Origin: Malacoraja senta
Lineage: Eukaryota
Length of the DNA: 37,357 nt
NCBI GenBank assembly: GCA_038087875.1
Contig: JAXLNO010000049.1
Span: 1-37,357 of the forward strand
Direction: 5' to 3'
Shown here in pieces: positions 10,655 to 21,776 of this stretch (positions are counted from its first letter, which is position 1; each line of letters begins with the position of its first letter). The notes under the pieces were generated by a model that searched no databases, was not told where the DNA came from, and was given only the letters and a program-made list of their open reading frames with translations. Position numbers and translations under genes: made by a program.

Positions 10655-11510
10655 ACACTCGACTCCCCATGGTGACCAGCGTTCATGGAAGGCCTCTAGA
10701 CTCCTCATGGATACCGTTTGCTCCCTCTGCAGGGACACACGGGCAAGGACGTAGGCTCGGAAGAGGGGCAGGCAGTCGACTCGTGCAGAACCCTTGACTG
10801 CCCGCTGCTGGATCAGCGAATGGCCATCTTGGCCAGGCCCAGGAACAAACCGTCAGGGTGACGCCCCCTCCCTAACGACCCTCCCCCCTCTACTGGGTGA
10901 CCAAAGATCAGGAGCGTGGGGTTAAAGTGCAGCCAAAACTTGAGGAGCATCCCCTTCAGATAGTCAAACGGGCTGCACTCTCACACTCCATATAGACATG
11001 GAACACGGTCTCTTCCTCGCTGCAGAAGTGACAGGCGGCTGGCGAGTCCATGAGCCAACTTAAATATCTGTTACATGCCACAGCTTGTGCAACATTCTCC
11101 ACCCCAGGTCCCCGATGTAAATGGGGAGGACTCCCTTGTAGAGAGACCTCCACTGTGGACCGCTCCCGCCATCAGGTGGCAACACGGACCGCCAGGGTGT
11201 GTACGGATGGAAGATGAGGGCGAGGAAGTGGAGAGTGTGCAGGAGCAGCCTGTACAACATGCGCCTCTCTGAGTCACAGAACGGCATGCTGGGCATCTCG
11301 GAAAGGCGGCTCATGTCGCATGGGGCCGGCTCTCGGGGAGGGACCTGGGCCATGGGTCCTATGAACAATTCCGACAGAACGGGGGTAAGCCCGGCCGGAA
11401 TCGCTCCATGCACACGTCGCTCCTCGACACCTACCGTGACAGGGTGAGGACCGGTCACCCTCGTAGCCACAACACCCCCTAGCCTTCACCTTAGGAGTGA
11501 CCATCTCACT
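10655..11510 (-). mobile_element. Tx1/L1-clade LINE ORF2 C-terminal fragment
   Basis: PQWRSLYK..GDLGWRMLH.AVACN..CHFC.EEETVFHVYMEC (CCHC knuckle)..LLIFG..LGLAKMAI. Confidence 0.85.
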
Positions 11511-11689
11511 AAAACTCATACTATATGATGCAACTTTATTTAACTGTTGGTCTGCCAACAGGCAAAAGATACAGTTACAACGGATTGAAAGTGTCCTGTG
11601 CATTATAATAATAATGCAATTAAACTGACCCGTTATTGCACAGCACATATGTAATATTGCACAAACATGAAATTAAATTATCGAATGGT

Positions 11690-11983
11690 AAACTCCAGGA
11701 TGAGGAATGTGCAAAATGGGAGGGGGGTTCAAGGGCGAGGAGTTGTACAGTTTGATAGCCACAGTAAAAAGGGATCACCTGTGGCGTTCTGTGCTGCACC
11801 TTGGTGGGACCAGCCTGTTGCTAAAGGTGCACCTTAGGTTGACCAGTATGTCATGGATGGGGGGTGAGATGTATTGTCTGGCCACCACTGATTGATAGAA
11901 CGTATGCTACATCTTCCTGTAGTCCTCGAAAGACCGGAGCCTCCTCAGAAAGTACAGACGGCTCTGTTCCTTCTTGTGCCTCA
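11690..11983 (-). mobile_element. Rex1-type LINE 3' fragment; target of the Harbinger insertion
   Basis: QSRLYFLRRLRSF..FYQSVVA and terminal TERH..VAIKLYN. The sequence appears to continue for about 12 bp after 14562. Confidence 0.75.
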
Positions 11984-12257
11984 TGGCCCTGTCTCACGGT
12001 GCGCACACCCACGAGTGATCCCGAGTGAAAGAAAAAATCAAACTCGTGGTTGTCTACGGGATTCCAAGTTTATGTTCATGAGTTTAAACGAGTTCCCGCG
12101 TTTATGTTAAAGTTTGCCGTTTACTTCTCATTTCTGCGATGTACCAAGTTCCTCTCCCGAGTTACTCTTGAGCCAACAACGACTACCGACGTGTGGAAAA
12201 ATCATCACATGGTAAAAATTATGTCATGTGGGTTTTTTTTCACTATAAAAAGACCCA

Positions 12258-12390
12258 GCCTGAAGAACGATCTCGACCCGAAATATCACCTATTTCTTTT
12301 CTCCAGAGAAGCTGCCTGACCAGCTGAGTTAATCCATCATTTTGTGTCTATCTTTGATTTAAACTAGTATCTGCAATGCCTTCCTTCAAA
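12258..12390 (+). mobile_element. Penelope terminal-repeat fragment with decayed hammerhead
   Basis: CTGAAGAAcgatctcgacccGAAAtatc..GCTGCCTGACCAGCTGAGTT, homologous to 780-870. Confidence 0.75.
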
Positions 12391-12499
12391 CTTTTAGAGC
12401 AGTTTGTTTCAAGAAACAATCCTTCCAAAATTGCATTCAAAAGTCCATTTTGAACTGCATTTGTTCAAGGTCTGGCATCAAGCATGGGCTGTTTTGTGT

Positions 12500-12700
12500 C
12501 GGGAGGAACTGCAGATGCTGGTTTACACCGAAGATAGACACAAAATGCTGGAGTAACTCAGCGGGACATGCAGCATTTCTGGAGAGAAGGAATGGGTGAC
12601 GTTTCTGGTCGAGTCCCTTCTTCAGACTGAAAAAACTTTTCGACCTTTCTCTCCAGAGATGTTGCCGGCTTGGCTGAGTTACTCCAGCTTTTTGTGTCTA
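12500..12700. mobile_element. Inverted pair of Penelope terminal-repeat fragments
   Basis: Minus copy about 12500-12628 (CTGAAGAAGGGACTCGACCAGAAACGTC), then a plus partial copy about 12645-12700. Confidence 0.8.
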
Positions 12701-13337
12701 GTAAGATTGTTTTATTCCCTTAATTTATCTCTCATCAAAACGTCGGTAAACGTCTAAGAAAATGATTAGGTAAATTGAACATTAACTTTATTTTTTCCCC
12801 CGACAGCAAGGTCCGTAGACCAGAGGGATAGCAGTGTGTGTCTCTCTACTCACCCAGTATGTCTGTCAGAGCAGCCGTCCCACCGTCGCGACTTAAACTG
12901 TATAAAAAGCAGCGGCTCAAATCATTGCTGATTGGGCAGATCTGCCCACTAACCGCAGTTCTGGGAAACAAAGTTTTCAGAGCCCTACAGTCACCCCAGC
13001 CCGCCTGCGAACCTGTGAATAAAAGACAAAGCTCAGATGTTCTCTTCAGCAGTGGCGTCCCAGAAGTTTCCCAGCGCCTGGCCCAAGTTTCAATTTAAAC
13101 TCGGGTAAACAGAGTTTTTATTAAAAATCCAAATACAATTGGCCCTTACTTGTAAATATGAGAATGTTTTCCTATATTGTGTTTTTGCTGGACTGAAACC
13201 AACCCATTTACAACATAAAGTTGTGGGTAACTTTTTAGGAAAATACTTGTGAAGTAAGAACCTGAAATTAATTTATTTTACATAACACACAAAAATAACT
13301 CTGGTCTTAATTACCAATGCAGCTTGTGAACTTATTT

Positions 13338-13531
13338 GCGGGTGCGGCAGCATCTATGGAGCGAAGGAAATAGGCAACGTTTCGGGCCAAAACCCTTCTT
13401 CAGACTGAGGAATGGTTTCGGCCCGAAACGTTGCCTATTTCCTTCGCTCCATAGATGCTGCCGCACCCGCTGAGTTTCTCCAACACTTATATCTACCTTC
13501 GATTTTCCAGCATCTGCAGTTCCTTCTTGAA
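13338..13531. mobile_element. Palindromic Penelope terminal-repeat insertion with 15-bp TSD
   Basis: Arms 13338-13403 and 13405-13470 are near-perfect reverse complements. TSD CTTGTGAACTTATTT at 13323-13337 and 13532-13546. Confidence 0.9.
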
Positions 13532-13674
13532 CTTGTGAACTTATTTTGTGAACTTCCCCACTGAACGCCTCCTATCTTTGGCAAGCATATTGCACGGGTT
13601 AGTACAAATACACTTAAAACTCTGAATAGCAACACGCCACGAAGGAGCTTCCAACGATTCATTTATCAAGAAGC

Positions 13675-13780
13675 TAGAGTAATTCAGCGGGACAGATGGC
13701 ATCTCTGGAGAGAAGGAATAGGTGACGTTTCGGGTCGAGACCCTTCTTCGGATTAAACCTGCATCAGCAGTTCCTTCCCA
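13675..13780 (-). mobile_element. Penelope terminal-repeat fragment
   Basis: Reverse complement CCGAAGAAGGGTCTCGACCCGAAACGTCACCTATTCCTTCTCTCCAGAGATGC. Confidence 0.75.
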
Positions 13781-14579
13781 TTTATAATTTATAACATTTA
13801 TAAAATTCCCATTTATAAAATTATAAAATAAAACGTCCCATTTACTACATTGTTTTGACCAATTGCTCTCGAACGCGGACAGACTGGGTGGAAAGTGATG
13901 CCTGAGAAAATCCCCTGTATAAACGCATTAGCCTTCAATAACCGATGTTAATTTGTCGGATATAAATCCTGAGATGGGACACCTGTCCCATATATCTGCT
14001 TCTCCATAAAAAGTGCATTAACCTAACAAGGATTCATGGTACCGTTTCAATGTGAAAAGTTAATGTTCTGAAGGGAACTAATTAACTCTCGCAATGCGGC
14101 TTTCCCCACACTGCATGGTTCATTCTTTTTGCCACTGTTTCTCAGAACCCCGGTGAGTACTTTTTGCTCCTTAACATGAATTGTTAGATTACTGTAACAT
14201 TTTCCATTAAGATCTAACTAATCTTCAACATTTCACTTCTGGCACTCCGGCCAAACCCACGAGTTACTCACGAGTCATTACGGTAAACTCACGGTCTACT
14301 ACGGTATTACAACGAGTTTCAAAGTTTCAAATTTTTCCTTCAAGATTAAATTTGACTCGTGGAAATCTTTCAACATGTTGAAAATTTTTCACGAGTTAAC
14401 AAGTTTCCCCGAGTACCTGCCGTTAGTGTTACGAGTCGCTAAGTTACGTCCACGAGTTCCGACGTTCCCGCTACGTTAATTCTACATGATTACCACGAGT
14501 TTGATTTGTTTTTAACTCGGGATCACTCGTGGGTGGACTCGCACCGTGAGACAGGGGTTTCAGCGTATCCTGGCTCTCA

Positions 14580-14990
14580 GTATCTTTCATTATCCTGGCT
14601 GATTCTGAATGCTCACAACTCCAGCTCCAGTTCTTCAATGCAGTCAGTCAGGTACTGCAGCTGGACTCACTTCCCACAGGTGTAGTCACTGTGGTGTGTT
14701 ACTGATCTCCCACATCCTGCAGGAAGGGCATATCATTGCCCTGATTCCCATCCCCAATACCCTAAGTTAAAAGACCTCACAGTTTATTTCCCAAACCTCT
14801 GCTCAGCCTCCTCACCGAAACCTCACAAGCCAACGCCTCAGCACTTGCTCCTCAAACTCCACACCTGGAACTCACTCATCCATTCTCACTATGCTTGCTC
14901 CAAAATGGCCACTCTGCAGAAGCCTGGCCCCTGTTTGTTCTGAAACTACCAAGTCCTTACCTTAATGGCTGCTTTTTAAATCTCCTGTGC
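14580..14990 (-). mobile_element. CR1 5' UTR / ORF1 N-terminal remnant
   Basis: RAMICPSCRMWE..DYTCGK..QLQYLTDCIEELELEL, homologous to the ORF1 start at 27885. Confidence 0.65.
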
Positions 14991-16099
14991 TCTTCCCCTA
15001 CTCGCGAGATATATATATATTCGAACCGACATTCTCTTCCAGAAAAGAGCTGTTTCGTTCTGATTGAAAATCTGCCTTGCAGAATAGCCCCCTCCTCAAC
15101 AATAGCCTTTATGATCTAGATCAGGGGTGTCAAATTAATTTTAGGTCATGGGCCGGAATGGGCAAATACGACTTCATGCGGGCTGGATTAGTTGTACACG
15201 CGCGAACGCACGCGTGCTCCCACAGCTTTCGTTGCCTTCGTTTTTTCAACCTGCTCTCACGTGTCTCAGTCTCTGCTATAACTTCAAAGTGTTTCACTTT
15301 ATGACTTTCATTTCTTATGAAGAAGATTGCCCAGCAAGCATTACTTTTATGATTGGTATTTTTATTAATTTTTTAAATTTTTTAATTGTTTGTTTTTTAA
15401 ACAGGGACAGTGCATATTGATAAACATTTACATGTAAATATGCAAGATTATAACCAGTCGCTATTTTACATCTTTAGTCCCTTTGGCAGGTTGATGTTAA
15501 ATAAACAAGTTAAACACATCACAACACAATCAATCAATAAGAAAACAAAATAACAATAAAATAAGAAAAAAGAACAATAAAGAGTACAATAAACAATGCA
15601 GCTTATGACAGACCAGATAGCGGTGGATAATTTTAAGGTAGATTATGACTGCAGTATTGAATTTCCAGTAACCATGTTTTAGATGTTTGGTAAATGAGGT
15701 AAAGGTTGGCAGATCCCGTATGACGCTTGGTGTCGTGTTCCAGGTCTGCGACGCTCGATATGAAAACACTGACTGCCCAAAAACACATTTCCTAAATGGG
15801 ACTAGACAATCACCTCTGGAGCCTGCTCTAGTCGACCTACTTGTGTTTTTCTTTATAAAGTCCTTTAACGGAGGTGGGGCTAGTCCATGGAAGGTTTTGT
15901 AAACCAAAGTAGAATCTGCATATTTTATTACGTTTTCCCAGCTCAGCAGATCATATTTCTTCATGATGTTACAGTGATGGTACATTCTGGGCTTTTTGTC
16001 ATGAATTTTTAGGGCTTGTTTATAAGCAATTTCAACAGGCTTTAGTGTGGACTTACATGCCAGTGCCCAACTTGTTATACAGTAGGTCATATATGGCAT

Positions 16100-17844
16100 T
16101 GTAGTGCGTGGGTCTCAAAAGGAAGCACGAAGTCGAGTGTTTTGAGAGCACCTTTAATTATGTTCCTCCCGGTTGTAGGGAAGACCAAACAAGAGAAAGA
16201 TGGCACCCAAACCCCTGCCTTTAAACCCTCTGGCTAAGGGCCGCCTCCGGACTGAACAACTCCCGTGCCGAGGGGTTCGACAGGTATGATGGGACGACCC
16301 TTGGGAGCCGCCACAGGACCCCTCCCCCCAGAACCCGAGGCACGAAATGCACCGGCGGGCGCACGACCCGGCCGGCCCGCGTGCGGAAGTCAGCAAATTG
16401 TGGGGCTGGCGGAGGCATAGATGGAGGGGCAGGTCGAGCGATAGGTTGAGGGATAGGTCGAGGGACGGGCGGGAGGACAGGTGGAGTGAGAGGCGGAGGG
16501 AGCCGTGAAGGGGGGCGCCCTCGAGGCCGAGGTTGGGCAACCAGCACTGGCTGGTCAATGTCCAGGTGTGCTGGCTTCAACCGGTCAATCGACACTGCCT
16601 CCGGCCGTCCCCCCATGTCCAGGACAAAAGTCGACTGCCCGTGTTCCAACACCCAGAACGGGCCCTCGTACGGCCTCTGGAGTGGCGTCCGGTGGGCATC
16701 ACGGCGCAGGAAGACGTATGGGCAGTCCCTGAGGGCTGATGGCACGTGCGGGCGAAATGTCCCATGGCGGGACGTCAGGACGGGTGCGAGCCTGCCAACT
16801 CGCTCGCGAAGGCGCTTTAGAGTGGATGAGGGCGTTCCCTGCTGCCCCGACGCCGACGGCACGAACTCCCCGGGCACCGTGAGTGGCGAGCCGTACACGA
16901 GCTCCGCCGATGATGAGGCCAAGTCCTCTTTGGGAGCAGTCCGGATGCCCAGCATGACCCACGGCAACTCGTCCATCCAGTCCGGGCCGGAGAGTCGCGC
17001 CTTCAGTGCTGCCTTTAGCTGCCGGTGGAACCTCTCCACCAGACCGTTAGCTTTCAGGTGGTAAGCCGTGGTGTGGTGTAGCCGCACCCCCAGCACGCGA
17101 GCCATGGCTGACCACAGCTCGGAGGTGAACTGCGGCCCCCGGTCTGAGGAGATGTGCGCCGGCACCCCGAAGCGAGCAATCCAGTGCGCGGACAACGCAC
17201 GAGCACACGTAGCCGTTGAAGTATCGGCCAGCGGAATGGCCTCCGGCCACCGCGTGAAGCGGTCCACCATTGTGAGAAGGTGGGTGATGCACCGGGACGG
17301 CGGGAGAGGCCCTACAATGTCTACGTGGAGATGGTCGAATCACCGGTGAGGTAGACCAAACTCCTGGAGAGGCGCACGGACATGGCGCTGGATTTTCGCC
17401 GTCTGGCACGGAATGCAGGTGCGAGCCCAATGGCCAACCTGCTTGCGCAGACCGTGACACATGAAACGAGCGGCCACTGTCGCCCGGATTGATGGGTGAG
17501 CCAGTCCATCACCTCGAACACCCTCCGGCGCCAGGTGGCAGGGACGATGGGGCGCGGCTGACCGGACGATACATCGCACAGGATTGTCAATCCTCCAGGA
17601 CCGAGAGGGACATCCTCAAGGCGGAGGCCGGAGATGGCAGTCCGGTAGGCGGGCATCTCATCGTCCGTGAGCTGTGCCTCTGCCAGAGCAGAATAGTCAA
17701 TTCCGGGAAAGACCAAACAAGAGAAAGATGGCACCCAAACCCCTGCCTTTAAACCCTCTGGCTAGGGGGCCGCCTCCGGACTGAACCACTCCCGTGCCGA
17801 GGGGTTCGACAGGTATGATGGCACGACCCTTGGGAGTCGCCACA
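16100..17844 (-). mobile_element. Gypsy/Ty3 LTR retrotransposon, internally deleted
   Basis: TG..CA LTR 16100-16315, partial LTR about 17705-17844, PPT about 16318-16330, 4-bp TSD GCAT at 16096-16099 and 17845-17848. Confidence 0.95.
16320..17700 (-). pseudogene. Gypsy integrase, frameshifted
   Basis: LAHP..CIPCQTAK zinc finger, HVDIVGP, VDRFTRWPEAIP, SDRGPQF, NGLVERFHR, PYEGPF, VSIDRLKP. Confidence 0.93.
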
Positions 17845-18085
17845 GCATAATCATTGCATTAAAATATAGTTTAGCTGAATTAATAGTTAAATTATTTCTA
17901 ATGTATCTAAAATTGGACAAGTTAAATTTAATTATATTTACTGTTCTTTTCACTTGTTGTTTGAAGCAGAGCTGTGAATCGATCGTGATTCCTAAATATT
18001 TAAACTCATGTACAATTTCAAGTTTTGTTCCATGTACAAACACATCAGGATCTACATCAGTACTTGCCTTTTTGGAGAAAAACAT

Positions 18086-19112
18086 ACCATATAACCATAT
18101 AACCATAACAGCACGGAAACAGGCCATCTCGGCCCTTCAAGTCCGTGCCGAACACTTTTTTTTAATTTTTAATTTTTAATTTTTAATTTTTTTAATGTAC
18201 TTCCTCCTAGTCCCATCTACCTGCACTCAGAATATAACCCTCCATTCCTTTCCCGTCCATATACCCATCCAATCTATTTTTAAAGGATAACATCGAACCT
18301 GCCTCCACTACTTCCACTGGAAGCTCATTCCACACAGCTACCACTCTCTGAGTAAAGAAGTTCCCCCTAATGTTACCCCTAAACTTCTGTCCCTTAATTC
18401 TCAAGTCATGTCCCCTTGTTTGAATCTTCCCTACTCTCAATGGGAAATGCTTATCCACGTCCACTCTGTCTAACCCGCTCATAATTTTAAAGACCTCTAT
18501 CAAGTCCCCTCTTAACCTTCTGTGCTCCAAAGAATAAAGACCTAACTTGTTCAACCTTTCTCTGTAACTTAGTTGCTGAAACCCAGGCAACATTCTAGTA
18601 AATCTCCTCTGTACTCTCTCTATTTTGTTGACATCCTTCCTATAATTAGACGACCAAAATTGTACTCCATACTCCAGAATTGGCCTCACCAATGCCTCGT
18701 ACAATTTTAACATTACATCCCAACTTCTATATTCAATGCTCTCATTTATAAAGGCCAGCACACCAAAAGCTTTCTTTACCACCCTATCTACATGAGATTC
18801 CACCTTCAGGGAACTATGCACAGTTATTCTTAGATCCCTCTGTTCAACTGCATTCCTCAATTCGGTACCATTTACCATGTACGTCCTATTTTGATTTGTC
18901 CTGCCGAGATGTAGCACCTCACATTTGTCAGCATTAAACTCCATCTGCCATCTTTCAGCCCACTCTTCCAAATGGCCTAAATCTCTCTGTAGACCTTGAA
19001 AATCTTCTTCATTATCCACAACACCACCTATCTTAGTATCATCTGCATACTTACTAATCCAATTTTCCACACCATCATCCAGATCATTGATGTACATGAC
19101 AAGCAACAGTGG
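18086..19112 (-). mobile_element. CR1 LINE, 5' truncated
   Basis: ORF 18207-19106 (YINDLD, YADD, VRPILEYGVQFWS, FFTQRVVAVWNELP). The 3' tail is (ACCATATA)n on plus at about 18086-18110. Confidence 0.95.
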
Positions 19113-19801
19113 ACAGTCTTTGACACATTAAGATGTAGATCAGAACATTGCACCCAGTTTGGCACATTAATCATAGCAGCTGATAGATCTTGTGCAGCTT
19201 GATGTTTATTTTTGGCATGTACATACATGACTGCATCATCAGCATACATTTGGCAAGTTACATTTGATGGACAGCTACTTGGTAGATCATTAATGTATAG
19301 ACTGAATAATAGCGGTCCCAAGATTGAAGGTACACCAAGAGTGTTTTCAGAAGTTGCAGATTTAATGTTGCGTACAATAACACACTGTTTTCTCTGTACC
19401 ATATATGACTCAATCCATTTCATCGTGCTCAGAGAGAGGTTAAAATAAGAATTTGGTCATCAAGATCTGATAATTCACAGTATCGAAGGCTTTTCACTTA
19501 CTTATCAATTGTAGGCTACAAGAAAGTTGTGATGAGAGATAGAAAAAATGATGCCATTTTAGCTAAGATTATTTTGGGAGCCCCACTCTTTCCATTAAAC
19601 CATTTGAAATCCAACATTAGCAGACAAAAATGTAGCCCTAACAAAACAAATTGTAAATGTAGGCTATACAAGTGCAACTAATTTCTATTAGCCTGTTTCC
19701 AGCAATCAAACTCAGATAATGAACACAGCCTCAAATTTGTATTGAAGTGATCACATTTACAATAATAGAATCGTCAGAAAATGAATGAATCACAATATTC
19801 A

Positions 19802-20690
19802 TTACAAAAGATTGTCAAATTGCCTATGGTTGAGTCCCTTGGCTCGAATAAAATTAACCGTTTTGATTACTACATCCATGACATTGTCCATTTTCAGGCT
19901 CCTGCTACAATATGCCTCTTGGTGTATAATACAATGACAATTCCAGAATTCCTGCTCTGGATTCGCTGTCTGAATTTTCTCTCTGAGTTTCACAACAACA
20001 CCTGCCTTTTTCCCGACATGGACGGTGCGCCATCTGTTTCCACGCTGACAGCGTGACTGCAGTCAACCGTTGTGGTGTTTGTCATGGGCACCATCTCCAC
20101 AAACTCCTCAGTGACGGTCAAAGATGTAGCAACACCACCAATAAATATTATCACGTCGGTGTTCTCATCAATTACAATAGAGAAGGCAATAAATGACTTC
20201 ACTTTGTCTTTTAGTTGATTAGTTCAAATCTCCTGCAAGGTCCCCGATTCTCTCTGCAATAGTATTTCTTGATAAGCTGATATTACCAAAAGCCTGTCTC
20301 TTCTCAGGGCACACCAGCTGAGCCGCCGTCAGCATGCATACTTTGATGAATTCCCCCTCTGAGTATGGCTTTGACGCAGCAGCTATTTTGTTGGCAATAA
20401 TATAACTGGCCTTGACAGCTCCATCATGAGTCTCTTGACTTTTGGTGAAGTTTCAGAGCTGCTTCAAGCTCGTTTACCTTTTGCGTTCTGGGTCGTCCTG
20501 CGTACTTGTCATATTTTTCTCCGTGTGACGTCTGATAGTGTTTGATATTGTACTCTTTTGTCACAGCCACTTGTTGCGATCATATCAGACACACAGGTTG
20601 ACCCCACAGAAGAAAAACATATCTTTCCAATTATCATTGAATATCCGACCTTCAATGTCAACTTTCCTTTTCTTGGAAAGTATTTTGAAC
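19802..20690 (-). pseudogene. hAT transposase (GTF2IRD2/Spin-like), disrupted and 3' truncated
   Basis: SKKRKVD.EGRIF, KPYSEGEFIK, SLSRNTIAERI, FSIVIDENTD, TDGAPSM, HCIIHQE, VNFIRAKGLNHRQF. Confidence 0.9.
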
Positions 20691-21286
20691 CACAGCAGCA
20701 AACAGTCTCAGCCTTGCTACTGGTGTTACTTACCTGAGTACTCTGTGTGTTTAAACTGTATCTGACGACATAAGTAGGGCTCTAGTGGTCTTCAGTGCAG
20801 AGTGGGAGGTGCTTCTGCACAGCGGATGGTTAACTGCCGCCTATTGTTTTCTAAGTACACCTAACAAGCTGCTGGCATAGCAGGCGGCACAGACAGCGGT
20901 GGGAGAGAGAGCGTCGAGCCAGAGAGCAGCGAGAGAGAGAGAGAATGGCTGCCTTACAGATACATAATAAATGGTCGTGAATATACTTTTTTCCCCCAAA
21001 TCATCGCGGGCAGGTAGTTTGACACCTTGATCTAGATGAACCACTCGGCAGACATGGCGTCGGCAGATGCAGTCTCCCCATTCATCTTTATGTAGTGATA
21101 ACCGTATCTTTGCCTGAAGTTAGCGAACCAACCGGAACTTGCATTGAATGGCTTCACTAGGCCTTCTGCATCGTTTTGTTATTGTTCAAAATTGTGCAGG
21201 TTTTTGCCCGGGCTAGGAACATGTTGCACTGATTTTGATCTTCGAACCACATCCATGTGTTCCATTGTAAAACTCCAAGCATTAGA

Positions 21287-21620
21287 GGGCAGAATGGTGG
21301 CGCAGCGGTAGATTTCCTGCCTTACAGCGCTTGCAGCGCCCGGACCCGGGTTCCATCCTGACTAAGGGTGCTGTCTGTTTGGAGGTTGTACGTTCTTCCC
21401 GTGACCGCGTGGGTTTTCTCCAAGATCTTCGGTTTCCTCCCACACTCCATTGACGTACAGGTTTGTAGGTTAATTGTCTAGAATAAGTATAAATTGTAAA
21501 TTGTCCCTCGTGTATGTGTGTGTGTGCAGGATGGTGCTAATGTGTGAGGATCACTGGTCGGTGTGGACTCGGTGGGTCGAAAGGCCTGTTTCCGCGATGT
21601 ATCTCGAAACTAAACTAAAA
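21287..21620 (+). mobile_element. tRNA-derived V-SINE (HE1 type)
   Basis: A box TGGCGCAGCGG, B-box-like GGGTTCCATCC, V domain GTGGGTTTTCTCC..GGTTTCCTCCCACACTCCA, TG-rich stretch, CR1-like tail GGCCTGTTTCCGCG, AAACT repeats. Confidence 0.88.
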
Positions 21621-21776
21621 TATGTTTTCATTGCACTTGCAGATGTCCCTGATTGAGCACTTTTCTCAATCTTCTCAACATTGTGTTGAATGCTATGAAC
21701 AGTGCTCTCACTTAAATCAAGCATGCAGCCAACATCTAATACACACATTCCTCTCTGAAGGTGGTTGATCACATCT

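Larger units (their letters stand above)
11984..14559. mobile_element. Non-autonomous PIF/Harbinger-type DNA transposon, 2576 bp
   Basis: Imperfect TIRs of about 65 bp (CCCTGTCTCACGGTGCG..CACCCACGAGTGATCCCGAGT..AAATCAAACTCGTGGT). 3-bp TSD TCA at 11981-11983 and 14560-14562. No transposase seen. Confidence 0.85.
15356..19495 (-). mobile_element. L2/Crack-type LINE, 5' truncated, in three pieces (19113-19495, 17845-18085, 15356-16099)
   Basis: KAFDTVN..GVP.SILGPLLFSLYINDLP..MYADD..LNVSKT | MFFS..FKYLGITIDSQL..YFNAMIM | PYMTYCITSW..GLAPPPL..FSYRASQTWN. Confidence 0.88.
15122..21029 (-). mobile_element. hAT Charlie/Buster-type DNA transposon with nested insertions
   Basis: TIRs CAGGGGTGTCAAA (15122) and TTTGACACCTTG (21018-21029). 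8-bp TSD ATCTAGAT at 15114-15121 and 21030-21037, with the central TA typical of Buster. Confidence 0.93.

Noticed and set aside
12807..13105. Plus-strand coding exon after the acceptor TTTTTTCCCCCGACAG
   Set aside because: All three frames stop before the next plausible donor, and ORF 12838-13098 has no recognisable domain.
16154..17752. Many overlapping GC-rich ORFs on both strands
   Set aside because: Shadow frames of the GC-rich Gypsy integrase.
19802..20690. Host GTF2IRD2-like gene
   Set aside because: Multiple frameshifts and deletions, enclosed by hAT TIRs and an 8-bp TSD, so a transposon relic.
21287..21365. tRNA gene
   Set aside because: The A/B boxes belong to the SINE head. No complete cloverleaf, and SINE body and tail follow.
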